From the human T2T-CHM13v2.0 reference genome, Homo sapiens: 64,000 bases of DNA. Of the stretch, positions 1 to 13,791 are shown piece after piece; the stretch's first letter is position 1; each line of letters starts with the position of its first letter. Both the position numbers and the translations under genes were made by a program. Under the pieces are notes generated by a model. The model did no database searches and was not told where the DNA came from. It saw only the letters and a program-made list of their open reading frames with translations. The DNA lies in NCBI RefSeq assembly GCF_009914755.1, contig NC_060927.1; one strand, 5' to 3'.

Positions 1-1170
1 CAATGGAGATCAAAACAGGCAAAAATTCCTGTCCTTGTAGAACAAACTTTCTAGTAGGGGAGACAAGAAACAAGTTAAAAAATTAAAATCATTTAACATG
101 TTAGTGGTAAGTGATGAGAAAAAAAATAAAGCAGGGGAGATTTGGAGTGTGTGTAAGTAGTAGGGGAGGTAAGCAGCTACAGTCTTAGGCCCAGGGAAGC
201 CCTCTGTTTGAAGGTGACATCTGAATAAAGATCTGAAAGAAGTGGGGTGAGGGACCTAGCTCTCTAGGAAGGCAGCCTACTCATCAGAGAACGGCAAGTG
301 CAAGGGCCATTAGGCAGGAGAGTGTCAGGTTAATTGAAAAAACACTGGAGAGACCATTGTGACTAAAGTGGAGAAAGGTGAGGGCAGAGTGGGACAAGAT
401 CACACCAGGCCTTGTAGGTAATTGTAAGGACTTTTACTGAATAGAGAATTTCGTGATCTGGACTTAACAATTTCTCTGGCTGCTTAGTTGAGAATTGACT
501 ATGGGGGAAAGGACAGGATCAGGGAGACTAGGAGGCTTTTGTAGTAATCCAATCTCTGTTGATTACCAGGGTGGTGGCAGAAGGCGGTGAGAAATGGTAG
601 ATTCCAGGTGTATTTTAAAAGTAGAGCCAACCAGGTTTGCTGATAGACTAGATGTGGTGTATGAAAGAGGAGTCAAGGATGACTCCAAGGTTTTTGACCT
701 AAGTGATTTTAAGAATGAAGTTGCCTTTTACTAAGAAACACAGGAATGGGAGAAGAGAAGGTATGGAGGTGGAGTAGACTGTTGGGAAATCAGTTTGGGA
801 TATGTGACGTTTTAGATGCCTGTTAGACCGTATGTCAGAGTTCAGCAGTTGGTTGGATATTAAGTCTGGAGAGTTACAGGGCTGGAGGTAAAATTTTGGG
901 AATCATCAGCCTTTAGATAGATTATTTAAAGTTATCTGACCAGATGACATCATCAAGGGAGTAAATGTAGATAGGAAAGACCAGCAAGGTCCAATATTAA
1001 GAGATTGGGGAGATGAGGAGGAAAAGAGCAAAGAAATGAAGAGAGAATGGCCATAGAGTTAGCAGGAAATCCAAGCAGGTGTGGGCCTGGAAGTCAAGTG
1101 AAGACATGATTTTCAGGAGTTTTCACCATGTCAGATGCTACTGAGAGTGCACTGGACTTTTAGTGATGTC
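1..1170 (+). mobile_element. Old L2 LINE remnant (3' region), boundaries approximate
   Basis: Purine-rich decayed sequence with L2-like blocks (GGAGTCAAGGATGACTCCAAGGTTTTTGACCT; TTTAGATGCCTGTTAGAC; GTTGGATATTAAGTCTGGAG). Confidence 0.6.
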
Positions 1171-1641
1171 AGAGGAGGAAAACTCTCTTCATAGTGTGTC
1201 TTTTGGAACCTCTCAATAACATTACCGGGCTTAATGAACTATGGTCATGGGGCAATTGGTATTTTTATGAAATGAAATGTCTGTTTCTGGAAGACAGATC
1301 TGGCAGATATTAAAGCACAGAGAGGTGACTAGCAAATTGAGAAGTCTGCCATTTGATAGTCATTCAGATACATTTATAGTAGAAAGGATGTAAGAATAGA
1401 TGCATTAATCCTTTCAGCTATTGAGCTTTAACATCCCCTTGGACCTAATCTGTGTCTTTACCCTCTTTTTTCTTGTTGGCAGTATAGGCATAATAATAAA
1501 CAATGCTGCAGAACACTTGCATGTGCTTTCATTTTAATGTGGTGTGATAATGTCAATAGTTTCTAGAACAGCAGAAGATATTTTGGGACTTTGTATCTAG
1601 TAGTGAGTGCTTACACCGTTGAGGAATTTCAGTCTGATTAA

Positions 1642-2030
<389 letters not shown>

Positions 2031-2983
2031 TTATCTCAGGGTAAATTGTTGTAATTTAGTTTGAAATATGACTGTGGAAGACCTTGTGAAATTATTTTAG
2101 TCCTACAAATCATGACTTCTTGATGTTGGTTAGGACCTTGAATATTCATGTTATATATTAAAGTCTTAAAGCTGATTTTATTTGCTTATTTTTATCTGTC
2201 AGTTAATTGGAGAGACTAATTTTGTAAAATCACTTGGGCATTTAGCTAATTAAATTTATGTGTTTGTGGGTAGATTTGCTATTCATGGATAGTTATTCTA
2301 GTATAAATATATTAAAATGGACAATTATTTTCTTAAGACAGTCTGATTATTTTTCTTTAACAACTTTGACCTTTCTACAAAACTTCTAATAGTGTGAAAT
2401 GTCTGAATTAATGCTTTTCACACTAGGTCAGCTTAAAAAACTTACAGTTCAGCTAGCCTACCCCCTCCTTCATCTTCCTACAGCTTATTTGTAGCCTGGA
2501 AAGACTATTTTGGTGATAGCATTAGAAAGGGTCCTGGAAACAAAATACAAAGCATGATAGAGCATATGAAATCTGTTTCTCTTCATTGGGAATACTGCAT
2601 GGTTCTGATGGTCACACTTGACAATGAAGCTAAAAACAGTCCAGAGAAGAATAGATGAAAATGACAAAGGAGAAAAAGTGGCTTCTCTGACAGTTAGATT
2701 AGGTTAGATTAGTTAGATTAAGATTAGAATTCTTAAATAAACAGAAAGCTAATTAGTGATATGAGCCTTCTACATTCTGAAGGATTTGAACAAGATCATT
2801 AGAATTCAAAAAACACCAGAAATGAAAGATCTTTCCTGAAGCTGTTTAGGAATATTCATGATATACCCTTAACTGTTCTAGAGAACAAAATGCGTCTGTG
2901 CTCCTTCACAAAAGTCCCTATGAATTTGTTTCTCAATGTGATCCTTCTTAAGTTCTATAACTTTTTGTTTTCATTAATTTTAG

Positions 2984-3163
<180 letters not shown>

Positions 3164-4080
3164 TGATAGGTTCACTTTCTAGGGACCAGCTGCAGCTCCT
3201 TCTCTTGAAGATTGCCACCAGTGCCCCTCCCACCTTGGGGCTGTCCTCTGCCTTCCCTTCCTCTCTTCTTTTATCTTTATTCCTTTCCAGCAGGAGTTAA
3301 AACAGAAAGTTTTCAGTCACCTTTGTCTATTTTTGTTAGTTCATTTGTTTTTTAAAAAGATGATGTTTATTGGGTTAAGTATTAGCAGAATACATAAATC
3401 ATTTAGTACGTTTCCTGTTTGCGTGAATTCTATTTATGTTGGTCACATTTTGCAAATTAATGTTAAAACCTATTAATACTCTACGGACAGAGAAGCACAA
3501 GCTGCCTGTGTGGGGAATAGCTGCCGTCAGCAGCCTGGGTATATGATTGGAGAGAAAGTCAAGCTGATCTTTGGCACCAAACCATTCCACATCTGGTACT
3601 AAACCCTGAGCTGCAGCCCCCAGGCTTGTGTTGCCACTGGAGCCCACTCGTCTAGCTTTGTCTTTAACTGGCCCATCTGCATTCCCATTAGAGTTCGTGT
3701 ATTTTGATTATCTGGTGAATGATCTACTTAACAGAAAGGTAGTCCACATTTTCCCAGAAAGTGTTTGCATTTTGCTTTCAATGTATGGTTTTATGGGATA
3801 ATATATTTCTAATGACTAAAATGTGAGTAAGATGTTTTTGAATAGGAGCATTTTCTTACTGTGTCTTTAGTTCCTCGGATTACTGTTTCTTCGCACACTC
3901 CCTGGGCTTTAGACAGTGGGATTGCAATTAGGTTTGGAGTGTTTCATTCTGTTTGTCAGTTGTACGGTGGGTTGTGCCAAAATGCAGTTTTTCTTACCTT
4001 TTTTATTTATTTATTTTTATCTAATATAGCCAACTGGCAGAATATATTGTCTTTAATGTACTTTTTTTCTGTCTTTACAG

Positions 4081-4143
4081 GATAGGAAAGAAAAACTTAT
4101 CCAGGAAGGAAAATTGGATCGAACATTTCACCTCTCATATTAA
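4081..4143 (+). CDS. NDUFB4: NDUFB4 terminal coding exon
   Basis: Polypyrimidine tract plus ttacag|GAT; [23 protein letters not shown], in frame with the previous exon. Confidence 0.96.
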   Translation, partial: [20 protein letters not shown]

Positions 4144-4177
4144 GTCTGGCAATGATGACTATATGTATTCCTGCCTA

Positions 4178-4183
4178 AATAAA
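4178..4183 (+). terminator. NDUFB4: NDUFB4 polyadenylation signal AATAAA
   Basis: AATAAA 35 nt after the stop codon, followed by U-rich sequence (GTTTCTCTTTCTT). Confidence 0.8.
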
Positions 4184-5059
4184 TCATCTATTAATCATTA
4201 AGTAGTAGTTTCTCTTTCTTAGTATTACCTTGATTCAATGTTAAAAACTATTAACACCCTAACAACACAGAAGCAGACGCAGCCCGTGTTGGGAATCTGC
4301 TGTCAGAGTGACAGCAAACATTTGCTGTACATTGAATGAATGAACATAAACTTCATTAAACTGTGAGCTCTTAGAAAGTACAGATTCTACAATCAGTTGT
4401 TCAACAAGCGAGTGTTAACTACGAGCCAGGCATTATGTTATGTGCAGAGAATACAACAGTCAGTAAGACAGAGCCTGTTCTTAAGGAGTACGTACTCTGA
4501 CAGCTGTTTATTGAACAATTATTTGAGTGCTTACTACCGTCTGGTACTATTTAATACCTAAGCCCTTGTCTGGCCCCAGCTGCAGTGGTAAATACAGCCA
4601 AACTAACACCAATGTAAAAAATACAATCGAGATTCAGGAAAATGATGTAGGCAAGCTGATGAGAAGCAGTTCTACCTGAGGAATTTAGGGAGGTGGCATT
4701 TGATCTAGGCTCTGAAGTTCACAAGGCTGACAGGACAAAACAGGAGCATGAAGGGGCAAGGTGTGTTGGGTATGGCTGGATTGTGGGCTACTGTGGGGTG
4801 AGGAGATGGAGCATGGAGGTCATGCTGAGGAGCAGAAATATAATGGTTAGGGGCGTGACCTTTGGAGGTCAAATCTGGGCTAGAATCCTAGCTCAAGTTA
4901 AACAGTTGGAATACTGGGCCTCCATATGCTCATCTATAGCATGGAGATAGCCTACTACCTCACAAGGTCATGAAGATGACAATGAAATAACAGTATTATG
5001 CTTTGTAGTTAAGTCTGGAAACAGTAGGGTGATAATTTCACCACAAAGGCAGAGTAAAG

Positions 5060-7610
5060 TCAAGTGCTGTAGATAACCAGCATGCTCTGTAAGGCTGGTG
5101 TAGATGGTATATTGGTCTTAACTTTCAAAGGATATCCACGACTACTTTGATTTGAAGCTTGCATAAGCATGGGTTGCCCCAGAAAGCAGAGACTGAGGGA
5201 AAGTCTTCTGTGCAGGTAGTTTATATTAGGAAGTGATCTGAAGGAATAGAAGTTTGGGAAGAGTGAAACATGGAAGGAGGGAAAGCCAGCAAACATGTGC
5301 CATGAACCTGTTGCCTCTGAGAGTAACAGGCTCCCACCTGGGACCTTCTGAGAAGCCCTGTGGAATGTAGAATTTTTCAACCAGATGTGGGAAAAGCAAA
5401 TGTTTGTCTTGTCTCCATTGGTCAAGGGTTATCCCATGCAATTCTCGTGTACATCAGGGTATGGACATACTCTGGAAAGGCTGACGATGTTTTTACAGGC
5501 ATTACACATGCGGGAGAAAGGAAGCTTAGGGCAGAAAGCAAGTGATGTGCAGCTGAGGTAAAGTATTGTCAGGTCACACTTGCAGGCAGCTGACAGTGGC
5601 AGCAATAGTTAGAGTAAAAAGGTGGACCAAGAGGTTGTGAGGCAGGCAAAAGAGATATAGGATTTCTTCCTCCACTTCATGCGCTGCTTGGATCTATTTG
5701 GACATACACTGAGTCCAGTCTATAACATGTCCTTCAAGGTGATGGCTGTATACAATCTACAGAACACTCAGTATGGACAATTAGTGGAACCAGCTACAGT
5801 ACATACTGTTGCAACTGGCCCAGAGTCTGTAACTCATTCATCTCCCCTCATCGTATTTACTAGATTTCCCTTCCTTGGCCATCATTTTAGCAGGTCTAGA
5901 TTGCTAGCCAGATGAAGTCACCAAAGCCTTCATTTCTAAGGACCAGAATCTTAGTTACTCTATCATCATCAGCCCTTTGTTGTAGCAATTGCATGTTTAC
6001 AGCTGGGCTGGAAGTGGAAGCACCGAGATGCTCCAGTGAATCCCCTGGACTCCAGACATTACCCTTTTTGCCCCATTGTGTAGCAGCAACCCTAGCTCCG
6101 TGGGTCACTTACTGCTGCCAGTATGGAAATTTCTTTTTCGGTCTACTGTTTCCCAAATACAAGAAGTACCAGATTATTTTGTTTCCCTGGTGAAAGTGTT
6201 CTTATGCCCCAGCATGGGAATCAGGACTTCTTCCAGCAGAACCTAAATTTGGAGGGAGGGGAAGTGCACATTCCACCATGAGTTACTGGGATGGCAAAAG
6301 GGGCCAATCCTACTTCTTGGTTCTCAGAGTCATAAATTCTAGCTGCTGGGGCATAGCACTGTATCTATGACCATTGGTTCATTGCATATACCACATGGTC
6401 AACCCTGAGCCTCAGTCCTGCTAGATGTCCTTAAGCTGGTACTTTAGCTAAGCCTTTAGTAGGCTTAGCTAAATTCATCTGTGCCCTAGAGCTGCTGTGT
6501 ACATCCAATCACATGACAGTGCTTCTGACTGTCCAGATCTTGATAGGCAGTTCTGGTTGAATGGTCACCTCATCTCATACTGGGTGCCCAGCTGCTTTTG
6601 GAATGGTGAATTTTTCTTTGCTGCAGAAGGCATGGCCTTGCTCCACAACCTAAGAAGTCAGCACTGCAACTATTCTGTTGCCAAGGTCTTGTAGGAGACT
6701 CCAAGCAGCATCCTTAGCTACCTACCACAGACACCTAGAGTATTGGCTTTATTGTGTTATATGACCCAAGTGGCTGCTGCTTACACTGCAGCCTGGATCT
6801 GCTGCAGAGTCCTTTCTGGGCTCCATTCAAAACTGGCAGCTTATAGCCAGGCATGCCTGGTATGTGCCTAACTAATTGGAAGGCTGAGATGGGAGGATTT
6901 CTTGAGCCCAAGAGTTCAAAGTTGCAGGGAGCTATGATCATGCCACCCACTGCACTCCAGCCTGGGTGACAAACTATGACCCTCTCTCTGGAAAAACAAA
7001 ACTGGCAGCTTTACAAATCACTGCATAAATGGGTCAGAGTACTGTTCCCAAGTAGGGTATGTGTTGTCTCCAGAATCCAGAGGCCCACAAAGTGCTGTGC
7101 CTTTTTCTTTGTAGTAGAGGGTGTGAAGTGGTTCAACTTGTGCTTTACTTTGGAGGGGCTATCCTGGCATGCCAAAGACCACTGGATACCCACAAACATC
7201 ACTGATATGGGAAGCTCCTAAACCTTTATAGAGATTATCTCCCACTTTCTGGATCTTATACTAGTGCATTAAGGTAATGAGGAATCTAATCTATGAGTAA
7301 ACAGAAGCTTTAAGGCAGAAATACTAGAAGGTGTGAGAAACAGCAATTCAAAGGGGCCAAGGTGGTAGACACGTGGGAGTAGCTGTGTGTAATGGTGGAG
7401 TAAAGATCCATGAATTCCTGCAAAATGGATCTTAAAACTATTTTGGATCTACAGCTACCATCCTGTGCCCATGAGACTTGACCAAATCATATGATTTCCA
7501 TGTGGTTCCTGTTTGCTAATTTGCCCCTGCCCATATCATTACAATAACGGTAAGACCCTGCTTCTTCCACCCATCCTAATGGCCATTATTGTTATATTGT
7601 TCTCCAGATC
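5060..7610 (-). mobile_element. Ancient ERVL-class LTR plus decayed internal sequence, interrupted by an Alu monomer
   Basis: LTR-like segment ~5060-5660 followed by GC-moderate decayed sequence resembling an ERVL internal region. Family not resolved. Confidence 0.4.
6845..6998 (+). mobile_element. Alu monomer (FRAM/AluJ arm)
   Basis: AGCCAGGCATG...GGCTGAGATGGGAGGAT...CACTGCACTCCAGCCTGGGTGACA. Confidence 0.8.
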
Positions 7611-7711
7611 TTAAAGAATTGTATTACTTGATTCTCATTTTGCTAGAGGGCAAAAACAGAAGGAATCCTACTGTGACCTTCCGTCTTTTTTTCTAGATGA
7701 CTTTAGTTTAC

Positions 7712-8042
7712 CCCGTAGTCCCCACTTATTCAGTTATCTGAAGTCAACCACAGTTCTAAAATAGGTGAGACAGTACAATAAGATGTTCTGAGAGAGAGAG
7801 ACCACATTCCCATAACATAACAGTGTTTACTATTATTATTGCAGTATATAATGATAGTTCTATGTTACTATTAGTTATTGTTTTATTCTCTTTTGGAGGC
7901 TGATTTCTAAATTAAATTTTATTATCGGTATGTATTTATAGGAAAAAACAGTATATATAGGGTTTGGTACTATCTGTATGGTTTCAGGCATCCACTGGGG
8001 GTCTTGGAATGTCTTTTCTGTTGATAAAAGGGAACACGCTAT
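7712..8042. mobile_element. Tigger-family DNA transposon derivative
   Basis: Termini CGTAGTCCCCACTTAT ... GATAAAAGGGAACACGCTA and internal GGTTTCAGGCATCCACTGGGGGTCTTGGAATG. Confidence 0.55.
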
Positions 8043-8179
8043 TCTAATAAGAATACAAGTATACAAGTCTATTATAAGAAAATTACAAATTTCCAAAAAA
8101 GAAAATTACAAATTAGTTAAGTACAAGAATAAGATAAAAGCCACTCCCAATTCCATCACACAGGGATGATATTTTAGTG

Positions 8180-8493
8180 TACAGTTGTCTTTTGGTATCT
8201 GCAAGGGATTGGTTTGGGACCCCCTGTGGTTACCTAATTCCTCAGATGCTAAAGTCCCTTATGTAAAATGGCTTAGTATTTGCACGTAACTTATGCACAT
8301 CTTCCTTGAAATCATCTCTAGATTACTTATTATACCTAATACAATGTAAATGCTATGCAAATAGTTGTTATACTGTCATGTTTATTTCTATAATTTTTTA
8401 TTGTTATATTGACTTTATTTATTTATTTAATTTCAGTCTATGGTTGGTTGGATTCACAGATGTGGAACCCTCGGATATTAAGGGCCAATTGCA
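8180..8493. mobile_element. MER2-like (Tigger) MITE
   Basis: TACAGTTGTC...GGATTGGTTT start; AAATCATCTCTAGATTACTTAT core; end GATGTGGAACCCTCGGATATTAAGGGCCAATTGCA. Confidence 0.75.
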
Positions 8494-8646
8494 TATCCTT
8501 CTAAAACTTTTTTTTTCTCTGTGCTTATATATCTTTTTTTTCAACAAAATGAGATACACTTTGTATAATAATTTGTAAATTTTTGGCTCAATGATTTGTC
8601 ATGGACATCTTTCCATGCAATGACTTTTCTGCAACATTTCAAATAA

Positions 8647-9040
<394 letters not shown>

Positions 9041-9554
9041 TAATGTAATGAATGCTCTTGCCATGAATTTTTGTGTGTGTCTTAAGTTTTCTCATAGGAT
9101 AAATTTCTGGGAGTGAAATTTCTGGGTCAATAAGTATTCAAATGTTTTGTTTTGGGTATAAATATAAAAGGTTTTATAATTTTATATTCCTGGGCAATGA
9201 ATGCAGTGTCTGTTCCCTGTACCCTGAGCACAGTCACAGAAGCCAAACTCTGCCCTTGTATCTTTGCTCTGCCACTTACTGGTGAAGTGACCTGGAAAGT
9301 GTTTACATTCTTTGTGCCTCAGTTTCCTTATCTTTATAATAGATGTACTAAATAACACATAGTATTGTTTAATGATTTCTTACTAATAAAGTATTTAGGA
9401 CAGTGGTATATAGTCTTAGTGTTTACTATTATTATTTTTAAACCTAATGGATGAAAACTATTTTAAATTTGGAATTTATTTATTATTGAGGTTAAAAGTT
9501 TTTTTCATATTATCCAGTTGTTTTTTTTACTTCTTTGTTCAAAATCACTGCTTG

Positions 9555-9885
9555 TTTTTTTGTTTTTGTTTTTTGTTTTGTTTTGTTTTGTTTTGTTTTG
9601 AGGCAGAGTCTCACTTTGTTGCCCAGACTAGAATGTAGTGGCGCGATCATGGCTCACTGCAGCCTTGACTTCCTGGGCTCGAGATCCTCCCACCTTAGCC
9701 TCCCAAGTAGCTGGGACTACGGGCAAGTGCTACCATGCCCTGCTGGTTTTTGTATTTTTTTTTTTTGTAGAGACAGGGTTTTGCCATGTTGCCCAGGCTG
9801 GTCTCAAAGTCTTGGGCTCAGGTGATCCGCTCACCTCAGCCTCTCAAAGTGCTGGGATTACAGGCATGAGCTGCTGTGCCCGGCC
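9555..9885 (-). mobile_element. AluJ with (TTTTG)n tail
   Basis: Reverse Alu with J-type GATCATGGCTCACTGCAGCCTTGACTTCCTGGGCTC. Confidence 0.88.
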
Positions 9886-9929
9886 TGTATTTCTTTCTCT
9901 CTCTCTCTCTCTCTCTTTGTTTTAAAATT

Positions 9930-10052
9930 GAAAATAGAGAGGAGGTCTTACTATATTGCCCAAGCTGGTCTTGAACTCCTGAGCTCAAGTGATCTGCCCA
10001 CCTTGGCCACCCAAAGTGCTAGGATTACAGGTGTGAGCCACCTGACCTGGCT
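9930..10052 (-). mobile_element. Alu left monomer (FLAM-like)
   Basis: GGTCTTGAACTCCTGAGCTCAAGTGATCTGCCCACC...GTGAGCCACC. Confidence 0.8.
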
Positions 10053-11302
10053 CTGTTTTTCTGATAGGTCTTTTTTCTTAATGATTTTAAGGCATAAACA
10101 ATATATATTAAAGACATTAATTCTTGATCATACTAGTCTTCTTTCATCAGGAATTATTTTGGTACCCCTCAGTAACAGGAAAAATATTTACAGTATATTC
10201 TTGGTACCCAATGTTGAAAGAAGGCAGTACCCGAAGCAATTTTTACTTAGTAGGATTTTTAAAAAACATGTTTTAATGTTAGGAATTATTGAGCAGTGTG
10301 TTCTTGTGGATTTAATCAGTTTCAATAGATTTTTTATCAGTCAGGAACAATGAAATGTCTGAAATCACACCGGGAAGTGGTCCGGTGCGGGTAACAATTG
10401 CCACCTCGTCTGAGCACCACATGCTACCATCTGTCTGACCAATGCACTAGCCCTGGGCACTGGGCACAGGAGCTCACTCTGGTACTATTGAGCATCCAAA
10501 AAATGACATGTGCAATGAGGAAGGTAACCAGGAACCAGATCATAAAGCCCTTATCACATAAAGAGTTTAGGCTCTAGCCTGATGGCAGTGAGAGTCACTG
10601 AAGGGATTAAGCAGGACAAACATGATTGGATTTTCATTTCTGGAAAATCATCTGGTTCCTGGATGGAGGATGATTGCAGGATAAGAGAGGCTGCAGGAGG
10701 ACGATAATCATGTTCATTTTCAATCAGACATAATTCTTTATTTTTGAGACAGCCCTCAATGCAGAACAAAGCAGCCCCTGCCAATACCAAGGTGACTCAT
10801 TTGGATGTGAACTTGTTGAAAGCTTTATGAAAGTCTAAATACATTATCTCTATGAGTTCTCCTTTACGCATATGCAAGAGGAGTCAGTCTTATAATTCCT
10901 TACCCTTTTATAACATCTTCTCCCCGTCCCTGGAACAATATTGCTTCCCTAACAAGCTGGTTCAAGTACCATGTCTTTTTACCCTTTATTGTGGATCCTG
11001 CCTGGAGAAAAAGATAACATCCATGCTCTGATTGAAATCCCAGTGGGTCCAGTCTCTGATTTATTTTCCTTTTTATGTTTTCTCATTCCTAGTGGCACCT
11101 GGCAGTCTTCTCATAATATCTGGGTCTATATTCTTCAGGATAATTAATGGTGTACTTGAAAAAATCAGAGATCTGCACAAAAAGCTCTCTCGATCAAATT
11201 TGCATGGTTACAAAATATGGACAGCACTTTAAAATTACTAAAAATGTAATGCTATACATATATTCAAAGATTCTGGATTTTCAAAGCTTTCACTGCCACT
11301 GT

Positions 11303-11975
11303 CTTTTTAAAAAAACTCTTATTTTAGGTTCGGGGTACATGTGCAGTTTTGTTATATAGGTAAATTGTGTATTGCAGGGGTTTGGTGTACGGATTATTTC
11401 ATCATCCAGATAATAAGCATAGTACCTGATAGGTAGTTTTTTGATCCTCACCCTCCACCCTCCTCCCTCCCTCCACCAGTGTGGTCTATTATTTCTTTCT
11501 TTGTGTCTGTGTGTACCCAAGGTTTAGCTTCCACTTATGAGTGAGAACATGCAGTATTTGGTTTTCTGTTCCTGTATTTGTTTGCTTAGGATAATGGCCT
11601 CCACCTCCATCCATGTTGTCGCAAAGGACATGATTTCATTATTTTTTATGGCTGTGTAGTATTCCATGGTGTATATGTACCAGATTTCCTTTATCCAATC
11701 CACCATTGACTTGATCCACTTTGATGATTCTGTGTCTTTACTGTTGTACATGGCACTGCAATGAACATGCAAGTGCAAGTGTCTTTTTGGTAGAATGATT
11801 TATATTCCTTTGGATATATATGTATAATGGGATGGCTGGGTCAAATGGTAGTTCTAAGTTATTTGAGAAATCTCCAGACTGTTTTCCGCAATGGTTGAAC
11901 TAATTTACATTCCTTCTACCAGTATATAAGTGTTCCCTTTTCTCTGCATCTTCACCAGCATCTGTTATTTTTTGA
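11303..11975 (-). mobile_element. L1 3' fragment (older L1PA/L1PB)
   Basis: ORF2 C-terminus remnant (WYIYTMEYYTAIKNNEIMSF) and L1 3' UTR. Confidence 0.9.
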
Positions 11976-12659
11976 CACACTGCCACTTTCTACCTTTGTG
12001 TGAACAAATAGAATTTTATCATGTTTCTATTCCTCATTTAGAGGACCCACTTATACCTATAAATACGACTAATACTTCCTATAGTTTCCCCTATGGCTGC
12101 ATTGTTTACAGCCATTTTTGTGGCTAAGATAGAGACTCCTCATTCTGCTGATACTCACTGTGGCCTGGAGAGACACGGCGCCACATCACCTATTTGGAGA
12201 ACCTTCATTTTGAGTTACCAAGAAAGTACAGAGCACATCAATCTCATTGCCAAGCTTCAGGATTCAAAGTATTAAAGGAAGCTCAATTCCTGACATCTGA
12301 CCTCTGAATTTCCTGGAGCTGGATGGCTGGTGGAACATCTGAGATTTCTGGAGCAAACCTGGCACTAGAGTTCACTTGTCCCCTTAATCACAAGGAGTAT
12401 TACCTTATCAGTTTTGAGTTATTATTTACTTCTATCACCAACTGTATTTAAATAATTCATCTATTATTTAATAATTATGCTTTGAGGAATCTTGGCACTA
12501 GGGGAAAGAGAAAATTGTCTGAGGTTGCTCCATAAATCAGTATAGGAGGTACTCAGGGGTTGAATTCTGGTATGAAATTGTTGAGGGTAGGAGAAGGTGG
12601 TAGGAGACTTCCAAAACTTTGCACATTTAAGCACTTAAAAAAAAAACAAACTCATGTTA

Positions 12660-12954
12660 GACTGGGCATGGTGGCTTATGCCTGTAATCCCAGCACATTG
12701 GGAGGCCAAGGTGGGCGGATCACTTGATGTCAGGAGTTCAAGACCAGCCTGGCCAACATGGCGAAACCCTGTCTGTACTAAAAATACAAAAATTAGCTGG
12801 GCATGGTGGCGCACACCTGTAATCCCAGCTACTTGAGAGGCTGAGGTAGGAGAACCACTTGAACCCAGGAGCAGAGTTTGCAGTGAGCCGAGATCATGCC
12901 ATTGCACTCCAGCCTGGGTGACAAAGCAAGACTCCATCTCAAGCAACAAAAAAA
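12660..12954 (+). mobile_element. AluS
   Basis: Dimeric Alu consensus with A-rich tail. Confidence 0.9.
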
Positions 12955-13791
12955 CCTTACATTATATGTTTCATATCCATTAAAAACAGAAAGTTTTCTA
13001 AAAAGGGTTTTATTCATATTTTATAGAAAATGGAGAAAACATCAGAGAGTATTATTATTTTATATGGGATGGCTTGGGTGGAGGGTAGATGGAGATGGAA
13101 CTGGCCAACTTCCCTGAAGCCATCTATTATAAGCTGATCAGGCAGCTTCCCCTCCAAAATCATGTGGTGCAGAAAGAGTGGCCCAGAAGTGAGTTGGTCC
13201 TTTCAGAACAGTTTTGCAGGCTGTAAGGAGGATGAGCTGCTGTTGGTGTGCAGATACTGGGGATGGTTGGTTTTCTGGAGATGCTGTGGTAGAGGAGCCT
13301 ATGTCCTATTGAATTCTTGTAGGTGTGCAGGCCTCTTCTGCATTGATCAAACACTTACTGAGCCCCTATCATTTGCTGAGCATTGAGGATACTAATATGA
13401 AGAAGATACAGCTCCTTCTTAGAGGAACTTATAGTGGACAAAGACAATTACAGCAGCCAACACTACTAACTCTGACTTGTGTTCCAGGCACTATGCTAAA
13501 CTAAGGGCTTTACACACCTCTCAAAATACCTCAAAACAACCCTTTCAGGTAGGTCCTAATAGCCCCTTTATGCCGATGAGATTTAGAAGGATTAAATACT
13601 TTGCCTGAGTCCACGGAGCTAATAAGGTGGGACTTAAATCTGAGCAGCCTGACTCCAGAGAACATATCTTCAACCATGTTTTGAAAGGGATAAAGACTGA
13701 TGCATTGGGGATCCAGGTATTGAGAAAGGACATCTGATCCAGCCTGGAGGGTTTAAGAGACGGTGCCTTAGAGATCAAGTATTCCCACTTG

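Noticed and set aside
4150-4165. ATGATGA C-box-like motif suggesting a snoRNA
   Set aside because: Lies in the NDUFB4 3' UTR with no suitably placed CTGA D box or terminal stem.
10365-10420. CpG-containing patch with a short CACCGG/CCGGTG hairpin and partial CTCF-like motif
   Set aside because: Matches are short and incomplete; not distinguishable from chance without ChIP or conservation data.
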